Below, one piece after another: positions 44,254 through 54,527 of a DNA stretch of 64,000 nucleotides (its first letter is position 1; every line of letters starts with the position of its first letter). A model generated the notes under the pieces. That model had not been told where the DNA came from, searched no databases, and saw nothing but the letters and a program-made list of their open reading frames with translations. The DNA lies in the IMG/VR virus record IMGVR_UViG_3300029288_000002, positions 64,001 to 128,000 of that record, one strand, 5' to 3'. The DNA comes from a virus (Duplodnaviria; Caudoviricetes). Both the position numbers and the translations under genes were made by a program.

Positions 44254-44454
44254 ATGGAAAATCGCTATCAAACAAGATGCTGTATGAATTGTAAATTTTT
44301 AGTTTTGTGTAACCACAATGAAGCGGATAATGTCTTTGAGTTTTTTGGTTGTAATGTAGATAAGACATATGATGAAGAAACAAGTGAAGCGGAATGGTTA
44401 GAAGAAAACAAAACAGAATTAGATATGGTTTGTGACTTATGGGAGTTTAATTAG
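44254..44454 (+). CDS. Small Cys-rich protein, CxxC..CN..CDLW family
   Basis: CMNC...GCN...EWLEEN...VCDLW. Confidence 0.7.
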   Translation: MENRYQTRCCMNCKFLVLCNHNEADNVFEFFGCNVDKTYDEETSEAEWLEENKTELDMVCDLWEFN

Positions 44455-44777
44455 GCAGCAGAATATAGATAGCAATAGTAATATAATTGCAACACTTTTG
44501 GCTATTGCAATTTTAGTATTTGTAGCGTATAATGAATTTAGATTGATAAACTAAGAATAAGGAGTAAACAATGTGTGATTTTTGTAATGGTATGTACAAC
44601 AAAGATGAAGCGAGAATGTACGCATTAAAACATCCAACATATTCACTAAGCATTATTGTCAATGGTAAGCAATATATAGTGGTTTCTTTGTCTTCTGATG
44701 TAAACGATCTTATTGAAATAGATTATGACATTAATTATTGTCCTATGTGTGGTAGAAAACTTGTAGAGGAATAAACA

Positions 44778-44987
44778 ATGAATAGACCCAACCTTAGAGA
44801 AATTAATTGTGAATGTTGCGATAATTGTTACTTTTCAAAAATTGTTTCTATTGAAGAAATAGGAAAAGCCTATTTGGTTTGTAATTATGAAAATAATGAA
44901 AAGGACTGTTGCCTAAAGCATAAACAAGAATGGGCTGAAGAAAACGAAACCTTTAGTTATTTTATTTGTGATCTTTGGTCAATATAG
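44778..44987 (+). CDS. Small Cys-rich protein, CxxC..CN..CDLW family
   Basis: RPNLRE..CDNC..VCN..EWAEEN..ICDLW. Confidence 0.7.
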   Translation: MNRPNLREINCECCDNCYFSKIVSIEEIGKAYLVCNYENNEKDCCLKHKQEWAEENETFSYFICDLWSI

Positions 44988-45023
44988 TATTTGACCATTT
45001 TAGTTACAAAAAAGGAAGTTAGA

Positions 45024-45239
45024 ATGACCAGTTTATATAGTATTAGACCAAATTTTAGAGAGAACAACAACTGTAGCACGTGTAAATATCGAAATCTTAG
45101 ACATGATGGTTACGGAGGATTTGAATGGATTGGTTGCAACTTTGGTAATACTCGCCAAAACTATTTATCCCTCCTTCAAGAATGGTTGCGCACTTATGAG
45201 GTTTCAGAATTCAATGTTTGCGATTTATGGGAAGAATAG
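45024..45239 (+). CDS. Small Cys-rich protein, CxxC..CN..CDLW family
   Basis: RPNFRE..CSTC..GCN..EWL..VCDLW. Confidence 0.7.
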   Translation: MTSLYSIRPNFRENNNCSTCKYRNLRHDGYGGFEWIGCNFGNTRQNYLSLLQEWLRTYEVSEFNVCDLWEE

Positions 45240-45273
45240 AATGCTTATTTTAGTGACAAAAAGGAGAGTAACC

Positions 45274-45925
45274 ATGTACACAACAGCGAAAGAAATGAGA
45301 GAACAGGCAAATAGTACAAAGACCGAATCTGAAAAAGTAAGTCGGCTTTTAATTCTCATTGATGAAGAATCTAAATTCGGAATGTATAATATCTGCCTCT
45401 ATTACGGAAAGAAAAACTGCATATGGCTTTCATATTGTGATGTGGAATATATAACTGAAGTTTTAGGATATAAATACTGTCCTATAATTAATTCGACAAA
45501 TGAAGAAATTGGTTATACAATATCTTGGTGACAGATTTTAAAATTAGACAAACAGGTTATATGATTTCTTGGAAGACAAGAAAAACATCATTCTGATAAA
45601 ACTCGGATTTTAGTTACGAAAAATAAGGAGTTTGAGTATGTCTGTATATGAAAAGATTATTAATAGTGAATTTAAAATTAATGCGCTTGAGGCTAAAGAA
45701 CTGTCGGAAGAATGTGAAAACTTATCAGAAAAAAATAGTATAAACACAAGCATTATACTAAGCGCAATAAAAGGGAGTCGTACTATTTACTACGGAGTTA
45801 ACCAAATAACACGAAGCGAAATTTTAGAATTGAAAAGGCAAGGATTTTGTATAATTCCACATTTGGGAAAGACTTGGTTGTTTGGTTTAATTGCAGATAT
45901 TAATGGATACAGCGTATATTGGTAA
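45274..45925 (+). other. Two paralogous small CDS (45274-45531, 45638-45925)
   Basis: Both end GY(T/S)(I/V)xW; both preceded by ATTTTAGT(G/T)AC-A-rich-AGGAG. Confidence 0.7.
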
Positions 45926-46131
45926 TAAATTCTTGAATTTTAGCAACGAAATTGTAACTAAAATTGCTTGTAATTTGTAGTTATTTAGTATATACTAATA
46001 GTATACTATGTAAAGGAGTAAAAATGACAAATTAGATTACTACAAACATTTGTCTTTTACCGCTTTGATTTGAAAAATGATTGAAACTATATCAAAAATA
46101 TCTCAATTATAAAACATATAAGGAGAGACAC

Positions 46132-46500
46132 ATGATCAGCCAAAAAAGTAAAGAGATGTGCGAAAAATTGGTAACAGCCATGTATAATTTGCAAGGGCTA
46201 TCAATTAAAGCAATGCTGTGTTCTATGATTCCTGCAAACGTTGTGCAGTTGGAAGTATCTGATATTGTCGAGCATTTAATTAGAATTATAGGTACTCATT
46301 TTATGATTGAAGAAAATCAAAGTTCAGAAATATATATTGAGCATTTGGAAGAATATGAATATTGGACTGGTAAAGCAAATAAACTGATCGAAAATTTAGA
46401 AACAATCATTTTATATGATACAGAGAAAGACAGTGGAAAACTTTTTATTGATGCAAATAAGCCCTTGTTGGATAATTTTAAAACATATTGGGAAGGATAA
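46132..46500 (+). CDS. Hypothetical protein, partner of downstream nuclease
   Basis: RBS AAGGAG; ends 7 nt before 46508. Confidence 0.75.
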   Translation: MISQKSKEMCEKLVTAMYNLQGLSIKAMLCSMIPANVVQLEVSDIVEHLIRIIGTHFMIEENQSSEIYIEHLEEYEYWTGKANKLIENLETIILYDTEKDSGKLFIDANKPLLDNFKTYWEG

Positions 46501-46507
46501 AATAAAT

Positions 46508-47176
46508 ATGAGGCTATTATCTCAATTGTTCAAAAGTCGCCCGAATCTTCCAGAGCCAAGCGAAGAATATTTAAAAATGCTAGAATTAGCAAAAGAATTT
46601 GAAAACATAGTTTTGAATTGGATGGACTCTTATTGTTATTATATGAATATTGACAGATATACAGTTATAGATGATAAAACAGGTAGAGAAACATATCAAG
46701 TATATGCAGATGAAAATGACAATCCTCGCGCACACCCTGATTTGATTGCTGAAATTTATGTGAATGATAAAAATAGAGTAATAGTATATGTAGAAGTAAA
46801 AAGCAAAAAGTCTCCGTATTACAATTTAACAGGAAACATACCAGAAGATAAAATTAGTAAAACAGAAGAATGTTTTATTATAGAACAAAGTCAGTTCAAT
46901 AGCTATTTACACTTGGCTAGAATGAAAAAATCAAAAGTTGATATTCTGTTTATTATTTCAAATTCCTGGAAATGGTATAGATTAGACGTTGAAAATTTAA
47001 ACAAAATAAAAACTTCAATAGTAAACCCTTTTGGTAATAATGGCGACAATCAACAAGGGTTATATTATGTATGGAGACTGAGAGACTTAAAAGAAATAAA
47101 AGATCGTCCCGAAAGACTAGAATTGTTAAGATGCGGGGATAAATTTGGGCAAATTCCTCCCTTTGAAGATAGATAG
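46508..47176 (+). CDS. PD-(D/E)xK nuclease-like protein, family B
   Basis: AKEFE..., HPDLIA...YVEVKSK, QFNSY. Confidence 0.75.
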   Translation: MRLLSQLFKSRPNLPEPSEEYLKMLELAKEFENIVLNWMDSYCYYMNIDRYTVIDDKTGRETYQVYADENDNPRAHPDLIAEIYVNDKNRVIVYVEVKSKKSPYYNLTGNIPEDKISKTEECFIIEQSQFNSYLHLARMKKSKVDILFIISNSWKWYRLDVENLNKIKTSIVNPFGNNGDNQQGLYYVWRLRDLKEIKDRPERLELLRCGDKFGQIPPFEDR

Positions 47177-47209
47177 AATCAGACTTTTACGCGCGAAAGG
47201 GAAATATTT

Positions 47210-48083
47210 ATGATAAAGAAAACTAAACTAACGCATTGGAAATATCAATTATATTATGATATGATTAGTGCATATAATATTGGTGTAAAAGAACATCCAC
47301 AAGAAGTAATACAAAAATTTATTGAGCAAATGAAAAACGAAAATGTTAGTATAGAAATATTAGAATCCGAAGCTGTATCCATAGCTGATTGTTGGCTGTT
47401 TTTGGTTAAATGCTCTACTCCCTGGCTTACCTCTAAATTACCAGAATACATTAAACATCAAGGATTAGGTAATGATAAAGAAGGCAAATATAAATGAAAC
47501 AAAAGGAAGTAAATAATGGGAATTAAACCTACAATGTATTTGGTTGTTGGTGTGGCAGACGTGGTTGAAAATGACACTCGTAATACTAGCAAAAAGGATG
47601 TTTACAACACGCCGTTAGAATATTGGGTTAGTAAAGACGGTTACTTTTCAGACAAACGCTATCATGACAAAAATGTTCCTGGTTACACTGCAGAGGTTAA
47701 AGACATAGTTACACATTTGTATTTTGAGGGAGATAATCCAGGTAAAGTGCTTACTATTGACTATGACATGAACGAATATATTGAATATTGTTTGAAAAAC
47801 GAGTTATTATTTGAAAAGGAGTAGTATGGAAGACTCTGTATTTAAAATAGCCGCTAATACTTGTTCTACAGTATATGTACTATGGGACTATTACAGAGGT
47901 ATGTTCTTTGTAGATACTACTCGTTATACACAACACGTTTTATCTGCTCAATTCTTTTTTACTAAAAAAGATGCAGAAAATAGGCTAAAAGAGTTATTGG
48001 ATATTCCAGTACATTTATCAATAAAATTAGATAATATGAGACTTCGTGTAAAAGAAGTTACAGTTGTAACTAAAGGAGAATAG
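47210..48083 (+). other. Three hypothetical CDS (47210, 47516, 47826)
   Basis: RBS-led contiguous ORFs. Confidence 0.7.
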
Positions 48084-48084
48084 T

Positions 48085-48606
48085 ATGAAATATAGAATTG
48101 GTTTTGTTAGCAATAGTTCAAGCACCAGTTTTACTTGCTGTTTAACAGGCGAAGAGATTTCTGGTATGGATTTAGGGTTAAGCGATGCCGGAATGTATGA
48201 GTGTAAAAACGAACACATCTTTTCAGAAAATTTGTTGTTATCTCCTGTTTTCCCAATTGCAGAATGTAGAGAATGGGCTGAAAATAAATGGTGTGATGAC
48301 GAATATATGAAAGAAAAGTATGCGGTTTTACATTCTCATATCACAAACGCGGAATTTCTAAAATGGTTTACCGAAAACGAATTTATGAACGAAATGTTGG
48401 AAGATGTAGAAGATTCCAGATATGATGTTGATCCTAAATGCTGTCCTGTTTGTCAGTTTGAAGACCTCCCTTATGAGGATGTAGCTAAATATTATCTATT
48501 ACTTGCCAAACTGACACGTAAAGAGTTTGCCAAAAAGATGAAGCGAAAATTTAAGACCTATAACGCCTTCTCAGAATATCTAAAAGGAGTGAATCATGAA
48601 AATTAG
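48085..48606 (+). CDS. FVSNSSS-leader protein 1, Cys-containing
   Basis: MKYRIGFVSNSSSTSF; CxxxH and CPVC motifs. Confidence 0.85.
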   Translation: MKYRIGFVSNSSSTSFTCCLTGEEISGMDLGLSDAGMYECKNEHIFSENLLLSPVFPIAECREWAENKWCDDEYMKEKYAVLHSHITNAEFLKWFTENEFMNEMLEDVEDSRYDVDPKCCPVCQFEDLPYEDVAKYYLLLAKLTRKEFAKKMKRKFKTYNAFSEYLKGVNHEN

Positions 48607-48964
48607 AACAGGTTTTGTTTCAAACAGTAGTAGTTCATCTTTTCTTTTGGCAGCAGACAAAGAAACAACCAAACTAACCATGACTGTAAATATTGACGTA
48701 GACGAATTTGTACAATATACAATATCCAACATAAAGGAATTAGGTCGTTATTATTCGGAAGAATTAGAATATGAGAAAGATGACGATGGTAGTTTTTTGT
48801 TCAATCAACGGGAACTTAGAAAATATAATGCTCTTTTAGACATTTTAAATAGTGGAAAGGAGTTACACTTTGTATCTATTTCAAGTGAAGGTGGTAATAC
48901 AAACGAGTTGTTTATTTATGAGCATGGTTTTATTGGTAATGTAAACTTCACAGTAGTTGAGTAA
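48596..48964 (+). CDS. FVSNSSS-leader protein 2
   Basis: MKIRTGFVSNSSSSSF. Confidence 0.85.
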   Translation: MKIRTGFVSNSSSSSFLLAADKETTKLTMTVNIDVDEFVQYTISNIKELGRYYSEELEYEKDDDGSFLFNQRELRKYNALLDILNSGKELHFVSISSEGGNTNELFIYEHGFIGNVNFTVVE

Positions 48965-48974
48965 TATTTAAACG

Positions 48975-49003
48975 AAGACCCTGAATAAAATCAGGGTCTT
49001 TTT
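48975..49003 (+). terminator. Intrinsic terminator
   Basis: AAGACCCTGA-ATAAAA-TCAGGGTCTTTTT. Confidence 0.85.
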
Positions 49004-49008
49004 GGTAC

Positions 49009-49037
49009 TTGACAAAGCGAAGATAAAGGTTTATACT
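49009..49037 (+). promoter_or_regulatory. Sigma70-type promoter for radical SAM operon
   Basis: TTGACA-N17-TATACT. Confidence 0.8.
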
Positions 49038-49068
49038 AAACGTAAGATTAGACTAAAAAGGACAAACA

Positions 49069-50055
49069 ATGATTCGTAAATATCGCAGCGAAGGTTATAA
49101 TTATGATTTTGATACAAACACTGGTTTCTTTGCACGTTGGGGCAAAACATATGAGGATGATCCACAAATGAGCCCTATTGGAGCGGAGATACTTGACATA
49201 GAAGTTTCTGAAGCATGTCATCAAGGCTGTAAATTTTGTTATAAGTCTAATACTGGTGTTGGTAAGAATATGACTCTTGCTACTTTTAAAACCATTCTTG
49301 ATAAGATGCCGAGTGTTATGCAAATCGCTTTTGGTATTGGTGATTTGTCTGCCAATCCCGATTTGTTCCCGATGATGGAATATGCAAGAAGTAAAAATGT
49401 TGTGCCTAATATTACAATCAACGGAGCAGGGTTAACTGATGAATTAGCTAAAAAGTTAGTATCATTAGTAGGAGCGTGCAGCGTAAGTAGGTATAACGAC
49501 GACCAGTGTTATAATGCAGTGAACAAATTAACGTCGCTTGGGTTAACGCAAGTCAATATTCATCAATTAGTAGCAGAAGAAACATACGACTCTATTTGGA
49601 AACTATTAGAGTCATATAAAACCGATACTCGTTTAGCTAAATTAGGTTATATTGTAATGCTTAGTCTAAAGCGCAAAGGTCGGGGAGTCGGTTTTAATCG
49701 TATGAGCGATGAACACTTCTCTGAAATCGTAGAATATTGTATCAACAACGATATACGTGTTGGATTCGACTCTTGTGGCGCAAACAAGGTTGAAAAGATT
49801 CTACGCAACATGAATCTGCATAATATTGAACAAGTATGCCAAAGCATTGAACCCTGTGAGTCATCGGGATTCTCGGCATATTGCAACGTTGAAGGCAAAT
49901 TCTTTCCGTGTTCATTTGCAGAAGGAGAGTTTGAAGGAATTGATGTAGTTAATTGTAACACTTTTTTAGATGATGTGTGGTACAATCCAAAGGTTGTAAC
50001 CTGGCGCGAAAGGTTACTTAACCAATGCCGTAATTGTCCTATGTATGATATTTAG
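49069..50055 (+). CDS. Radical SAM enzyme with SPASM/twitch-type C-terminal domain
   Basis: CHQGCKFCY (CxxxCxxC); NITING; C-terminal PCES...NVEGKFFPCSF...W...CRNCP. Confidence 0.9.
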   Translation: MIRKYRSEGYNYDFDTNTGFFARWGKTYEDDPQMSPIGAEILDIEVSEACHQGCKFCYKSNTGVGKNMTLATFKTILDKMPSVMQIAFGIGDLSANPDLFPMMEYARSKNVVPNITINGAGLTDELAKKLVSLVGACSVSRYNDDQCYNAVNKLTSLGLTQVNIHQLVAEETYDSIWKLLESYKTDTRLAKLGYIVMLSLKRKGRGVGFNRMSDEHFSEIVEYCINNDIRVGFDSCGANKVEKILRNMNLHNIEQVCQSIEPCESSGFSAYCNVEGKFFPCSFAEGEFEGIDVVNCNTFLDDVWYNPKVVTWRERLLNQCRNCPMYDI

Positions 50056-50070
50056 ATAAAGGAGTATAGT

Positions 50071-50529
50071 ATGAAGTTTCGTAACAGGTTTGTTTCTAAT
50101 AGTAGTTCTAGTAGTTTTCTGATTACCAATGTCAAAAACGGATATATTGATTTGTCTTGGTTAGCTGGCGATGTTTTAATTGTAAATGACGAACTTGGCA
50201 AAACAGAATTTGGTTGGGGATATGAAGAATTGTTTGATTGGGGCGATAGAATTAATTTTGCTTATTTACAAACGCAATTTAAAAATAGTAACCCTTCCTG
50301 GCTGCCAATGCTCGAAAAAGTGATTAGGGCTTTTACTAAAGTTTCTGACATTCAATGGCGCATTACTACCGATTATGATACTCCCGAAGGATATTCTTGG
50401 GGATGCATAGATCACCAATCAGGAGCTTGTGACAACGAAAACATTGAAATCTTTGAAAATGAACAAAGTTTAAAAGACTTCCTCTTTGGAAAAGACTCTT
50501 ATATTGTATTAGATAACGATAATCATTAG
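50071..50529 (+). CDS. FVSNSSS-leader protein 3
   Basis: MKFRNRFVSNSSSSSF; EFGWG, CIDHQS, LDNDN motifs. Confidence 0.85.
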   Translation: MKFRNRFVSNSSSSSFLITNVKNGYIDLSWLAGDVLIVNDELGKTEFGWGYEELFDWGDRINFAYLQTQFKNSNPSWLPMLEKVIRAFTKVSDIQWRITTDYDTPEGYSWGCIDHQSGACDNENIEIFENEQSLKDFLFGKDSYIVLDNDNH

Positions 50530-50538
50530 GAGTAAAAA

Positions 50539-50932
50539 ATGAAAATCAGAAACGGATTTGTTTCTAATTCGAGTAGTAGTAGTTTCGTTATTGCCATTAA
50601 AAATAAAAAAGGATTTTACTCAATTTCCATATTGGAATGGAAATATCTACAGTACAGTAGAGGAATTAGATGCTTACTATTTAGACGAGTATTCGTATTT
50701 TTCAGATGAAGGTAATTGCAAAACTATGGATGGTTTATATGGTCTAATCCCTCATTTGTGCAGATGCGAATTTGATAAATTTATAATTTATCGCAAATGC
50801 GTAGAGTACATCCAAAAGGGTTATTCTGTATACATTAAATCATTTGATCGCGATTACGACGAGGATTTAATTGAGTCAATTCCGATATGCAAAGGCGAAG
50901 ACATTATCTTAATCTTGCAGAAAACAGAGTAA
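50539..50932 (+). pseudogene. FVSNSSS-leader protein 4, +1 frameshift in an A-run at ~50605
   Basis: MKIRNGFVSNSSSSSFVIAIKNK from ATG 50539 (RBS AGGAG); the body resembling protein 2 (STVEELDAYY vs SNIKELGRYY) lies in the 50558 frame. Confidence 0.75.
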
Positions 50933-50940
50933 TACTTCTA

Positions 50941-51051
50941 CAATGCCTTTGTAGCTTCACAGGAAGCACTGCAAACGATTTATATTGAATAAAGGTAGTA
51001 TTTTTGACCTATAAACTGAAAATGCCCCACATCGCGTCCAGAAGGCTTGAG
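50941..51051. repeat. Dispersed dyad element, copy
   Basis: CAATGCCTTTGTAGCTTCACAGGAAGCACTGCAAACGATTT..AAAGGTAGTATTTTTGACC..CCAGAAGGCTTGAG. Confidence 0.65.
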
Positions 51052-51507
51052 TCAAAAGGAGTAATTATGTCAGTATGGTATTCTTGCAGTGGTAATCATT
51101 TACCAAAAGGCACATTTGATGTAGAAATCAGGTTGTGTTATGGCGGCAACTTAGATAACAATATTATAACAGGTTATTACAATGGGCGTGCCTGGTATAA
51201 TGATGAATACTGCTATACTAAAATTGAAAATCCTATTTGCTGGAGATATAAATAAACTAAAATAATTAGGATTATACTAATCTAAATTATTTTAGCGTGC
51301 AAAGGAGTTATATGAAAATTTGCTGTAATGAGAGATGCAAAGAATTATACGATGACATTTTTACGCTTCATGTTATTTGTTGCCCTATATTTAATGAAAT
51401 GCTAATAAATCGTGGTTATTCCTGTTGGTTAGATAAAGACATAAAAGATTTATACTTTAGCAATGGGGAATATAGAGAGTATGAGGTTTATGAAAGGACA
51501 AATAACA

Positions 51508-52416
51508 ATGGACAATGATATTTTGAGGTTGATTGCAATTCAAACAAAAGACTGTGTATATGTTTCCAATGACCTAATGGGAAATGGTTATTGTTATGAA
51601 AGTGGGAATAAACTATTGAGTTGTCGGTTTGACGGGAAATCGCCAAAAAAGACATATCACGGTCAATGGTTTATTTTAGATAATATTCCTGCTGTAGTAG
51701 AATATAAGCACGCAGAAGGTTATATAAACTATAGATTAGAATTAAAGCCAGAAGTTGTTGATGCAGTTGTAAATTTGCCTAAAGTAATAAACTCTCGATA
51801 TTTAGATGAGGATTGTGCAGAATACAACTTTAGAGGGTTATACGAAGAGCGATACGATACTACACCTGAATATTGGGAAGAGATACCTTTTCAAATTAAC
51901 ATCTTAGATTCACTTGATGATTTTTCTATAACTAAAAAAGAGTATGAATTTACAACATCGTTGTTAGATAAAATTAAATATCACCCAATCCTTTTGCCTA
52001 CAAAACCTTGCTCTATGAGTAGCAAAGACTCTTATAATGTTATTAGAGATTATGTAAGAACTCATATTGACAATAATTATGCTAAAATCGTTACAAATGA
52101 AAGTAATCACTTTAAAGTAGAAAAGATTATAGAAACAGATACTCCAGAAGCATATCGAGTGGAAATTAACAAGGGTTACAGAAAGAAATCCAAATGGGAA
52201 ACTTGTTATCGCAAAATAAGAAGTGCTGAAATGTTGAATATATCGCCAAATAACGATTCTTGGGCAAAAGAAAAGGTTTATTTGTTTTCAGGTATAAATT
52301 ATAATGATATGATTGCAAACATGAACGCTTATTTAGAAAGCCTAATGCTTCAAATAAATAAGCCTCTTTGTGATTGTCCAACTTGCAAAGGATATGGAGT
52401 TATAGAAAAAGAATAA
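51508..52416 (+). CDS. Conserved phage protein with C-terminal CxxCxGxG zinc finger
   Basis: CPTCKGYG; RBS AAAGGA. Confidence 0.8.
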   Translation: MDNDILRLIAIQTKDCVYVSNDLMGNGYCYESGNKLLSCRFDGKSPKKTYHGQWFILDNIPAVVEYKHAEGYINYRLELKPEVVDAVVNLPKVINSRYLDEDCAEYNFRGLYEERYDTTPEYWEEIPFQINILDSLDDFSITKKEYEFTTSLLDKIKYHPILLPTKPCSMSSKDSYNVIRDYVRTHIDNNYAKIVTNESNHFKVEKIIETDTPEAYRVEINKGYRKKSKWETCYRKIRSAEMLNISPNNDSWAKEKVYLFSGINYNDMIANMNAYLESLMLQINKPLCDCPTCKGYGVIEKE

Positions 52417-52563
52417 ATATTGCCTATTGACAATAACTACAGTGTGTAATATAATTATATTGTGAAATGAGCGCAAAAGCTGTGGCAGAACTTGTAAGCA
52501 AATGCTTCAAGAGAAGGCTCGATGCCTTCACTATATTATGTCTAAGTTATAAAGGAGACAATA

Positions 52564-53291
52564 ATGGGCGGTATAGACGGAAATAGTTATCATTTGATAC
52601 AGGGTTGTTCAAACTGCAAAATGTTTGTACATAAAGGATTATGCGATGTTGACAATTTCTTAAGGGATTTATCAGAAGAAAATGCTCATTGGAATTATGA
52701 GTATTCTGTAAACCCTGCGGGAATTTGTAATAATTATGATAGCAATGGTGATGTAGAATTATATGATAATTGGATAAAAAGCATAACTAAAAAGGAAATC
52801 AAATGAGTATAAGTACATATACAGTTGTAGGATGGTTTATTTTAGCTAAAATAAAGGATGCCGAAAAAGAAGAGTACACTTATATTTGCGAAGATACACA
52901 ATGTTATAGCAAACACAAGTATACAAGCAACGACAGCTTATATTGTCCATATTGCGGAACTAAATTAGCGAGAGTTTCTACAGGTAAACGGTATATTGAT
53001 ACTAAACAATATGCGCAATATGAGGTTGGTGAAATGATACAGGAATCTTTTTATAAAGCCGATAATAGAAATATTACAACTCATTATTGGCTATATAATT
53101 TTGGTAATGATGCAGTGAGCCGTACTATAAACGGAGAATACGACCTTGATTTTCTAAATCTTAGCAAGTTAAAATTTCTTACTAAAAAGGAATTTGAAGA
53201 GATGTTCTCAAAAGAACTAAATATATTTAAGGAATATTATGGTGAAAATAATATTAGTGTTGTGTTTGGAATTATGCAGTATTCAAGCTAA
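52564..53291 (+). other. Two Cys-containing hypothetical CDS (52564-52806, 52803-53291)
   Basis: CSNC..C..IC; YCPYCG. Confidence 0.7.
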
Positions 53292-53305
53292 AAGGAAGAT
53301 ATATA

Positions 53306-54133
53306 ATGGCTAATAATGAGAATAAAAAAGCAGAAAATCAACCCATGAAATACCCGACTCTGATGAAATTGATAGCTGCTTTTGCAGTATTAGTGGGAAT
53401 GGGGTTACTGTCCATTGCTTCGTTTCTACAAACAATGGATGGGTTTTCTACTATTGGTGATCCAGAAATGATATTGTTTGGTATACCGCTTGGTGCAGCA
53501 TTACCGTTTATATATGCTATTGTTTTTCAATATGGTCAAAACGTAGCATTGTTAGTTAGAGAATATTTAACTCACGATAAAGTAATTTGGGAAAATGATA
53601 ATACCTTTTTACCAATTACAATAACCGATACAAAATTAGCAACAATGGTGTTTGTATTATGCGCAGTGGTTGATGCTGGTACAAATATTCTATGGATGGC
53701 TAATAACTGGAGTCCAAGCGGGGTTATTATTAAAGATGTTGCTTCAGTTGTTATTGGGTACTCAGCTATGATCGCAGTAGTCTTTGTAGAAGAGGGTATG
53801 GGTATGGTTGCACAAGCCATGAGTAAATCTTATCATATCTATAGAGATATTGTAATTAAAGAACGGCTTGCTGCTAAGAACAATAATCAGTCAAATAAAG
53901 GTAATGATCAACAACAGCGCAATTCGCAATCAGAAATGAGACAAGAAAGACCAGAAGTAGAACATAGAGGTATGCCAAACGATAATACTGTGGGTATTCC
54001 TGGTGAGAATCACCAAAGTAAAAAGCAACAGCCTAATCAAAATCAAGGTAGAAAGTCTAATAGCAGTTTCGCTTCTTTAGTTAATTCTGGCAATCAAGAT
54101 AGAAACAACAATGGTCACAATATTCCTTTCTAA
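53306..54133 (+). CDS. Four-TM membrane protein with N/Q-rich disordered tail
   Basis: Hydrophobic helices; low-complexity C-terminus ending NIPF. Confidence 0.8.
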   Translation: MANNENKKAENQPMKYPTLMKLIAAFAVLVGMGLLSIASFLQTMDGFSTIGDPEMILFGIPLGAALPFIYAIVFQYGQNVALLVREYLTHDKVIWENDNTFLPITITDTKLATMVFVLCAVVDAGTNILWMANNWSPSGVIIKDVASVVIGYSAMIAVVFVEEGMGMVAQAMSKSYHIYRDIVIKERLAAKNNNQSNKGNDQQQRNSQSEMRQERPEVEHRGMPNDNTVGIPGENHQSKKQQPNQNQGRKSNSSFASLVNSGNQDRNNNGHNIPF

Positions 54134-54166
54134 GTATTACTGTAAAGACTCTTGTATTTTGCCCCT

Positions 54167-54439
54167 TGACAAGATTTAAAAAGAGTGTATAATATTAAAA
54201 GGTGAATTATAACTTCTGGTTGTTAGTTAGTATTTCAACCAGAAGTAGATTCTTATAAAATTCTAATGAAATTCATCCTTGACAAAAAGTAGTTTCTGTG
54301 TTAGTATTTAAGAAGGTGAAGATTTTCATTTTAGTTTTGCGATTCTAAATAGGGCGAGAGGCTTAGACTTACTTAGCCAAAACGAGTTTCTCAAAATAAG
54401 CAAATTGCTACTTGACAAAATAAAATAGTATGCTATAAT
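54167..54439 (+). promoter_or_regulatory. Three tandem sigma70-type promoters ahead of the tRNA cluster
   Basis: TTGACA at 54167, 54279, 54412, each with a TATAAT/TAGTAT -10 box. Confidence 0.75.
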
Positions 54440-54458
54440 GTAAATATGAATGAATTAT

Positions 54459-54527
54459 AGCGGGTTGCGAATGGTACGCCATTGGTCTCATACGCCAATC
54501 TAAACAGTCCGAGTCTGTTACCCACTA
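54459..54527 (+). tRNA. tRNA-Met or Ile2 (CAT), atypical
   Basis: Anticodon arm TTGGT-CTCATAC-GCCAA; T arm AACAG-TCCGAGT-CTGTT; acceptor AGCGGGT/ACCCACT with one mismatch. Confidence 0.7.

Noticed and set aside
51004-51255. ORF start at 51004
   Set aside because: The 5' part overlaps the dyad element; the RBS AAGGAG supports a start at 51067 instead.
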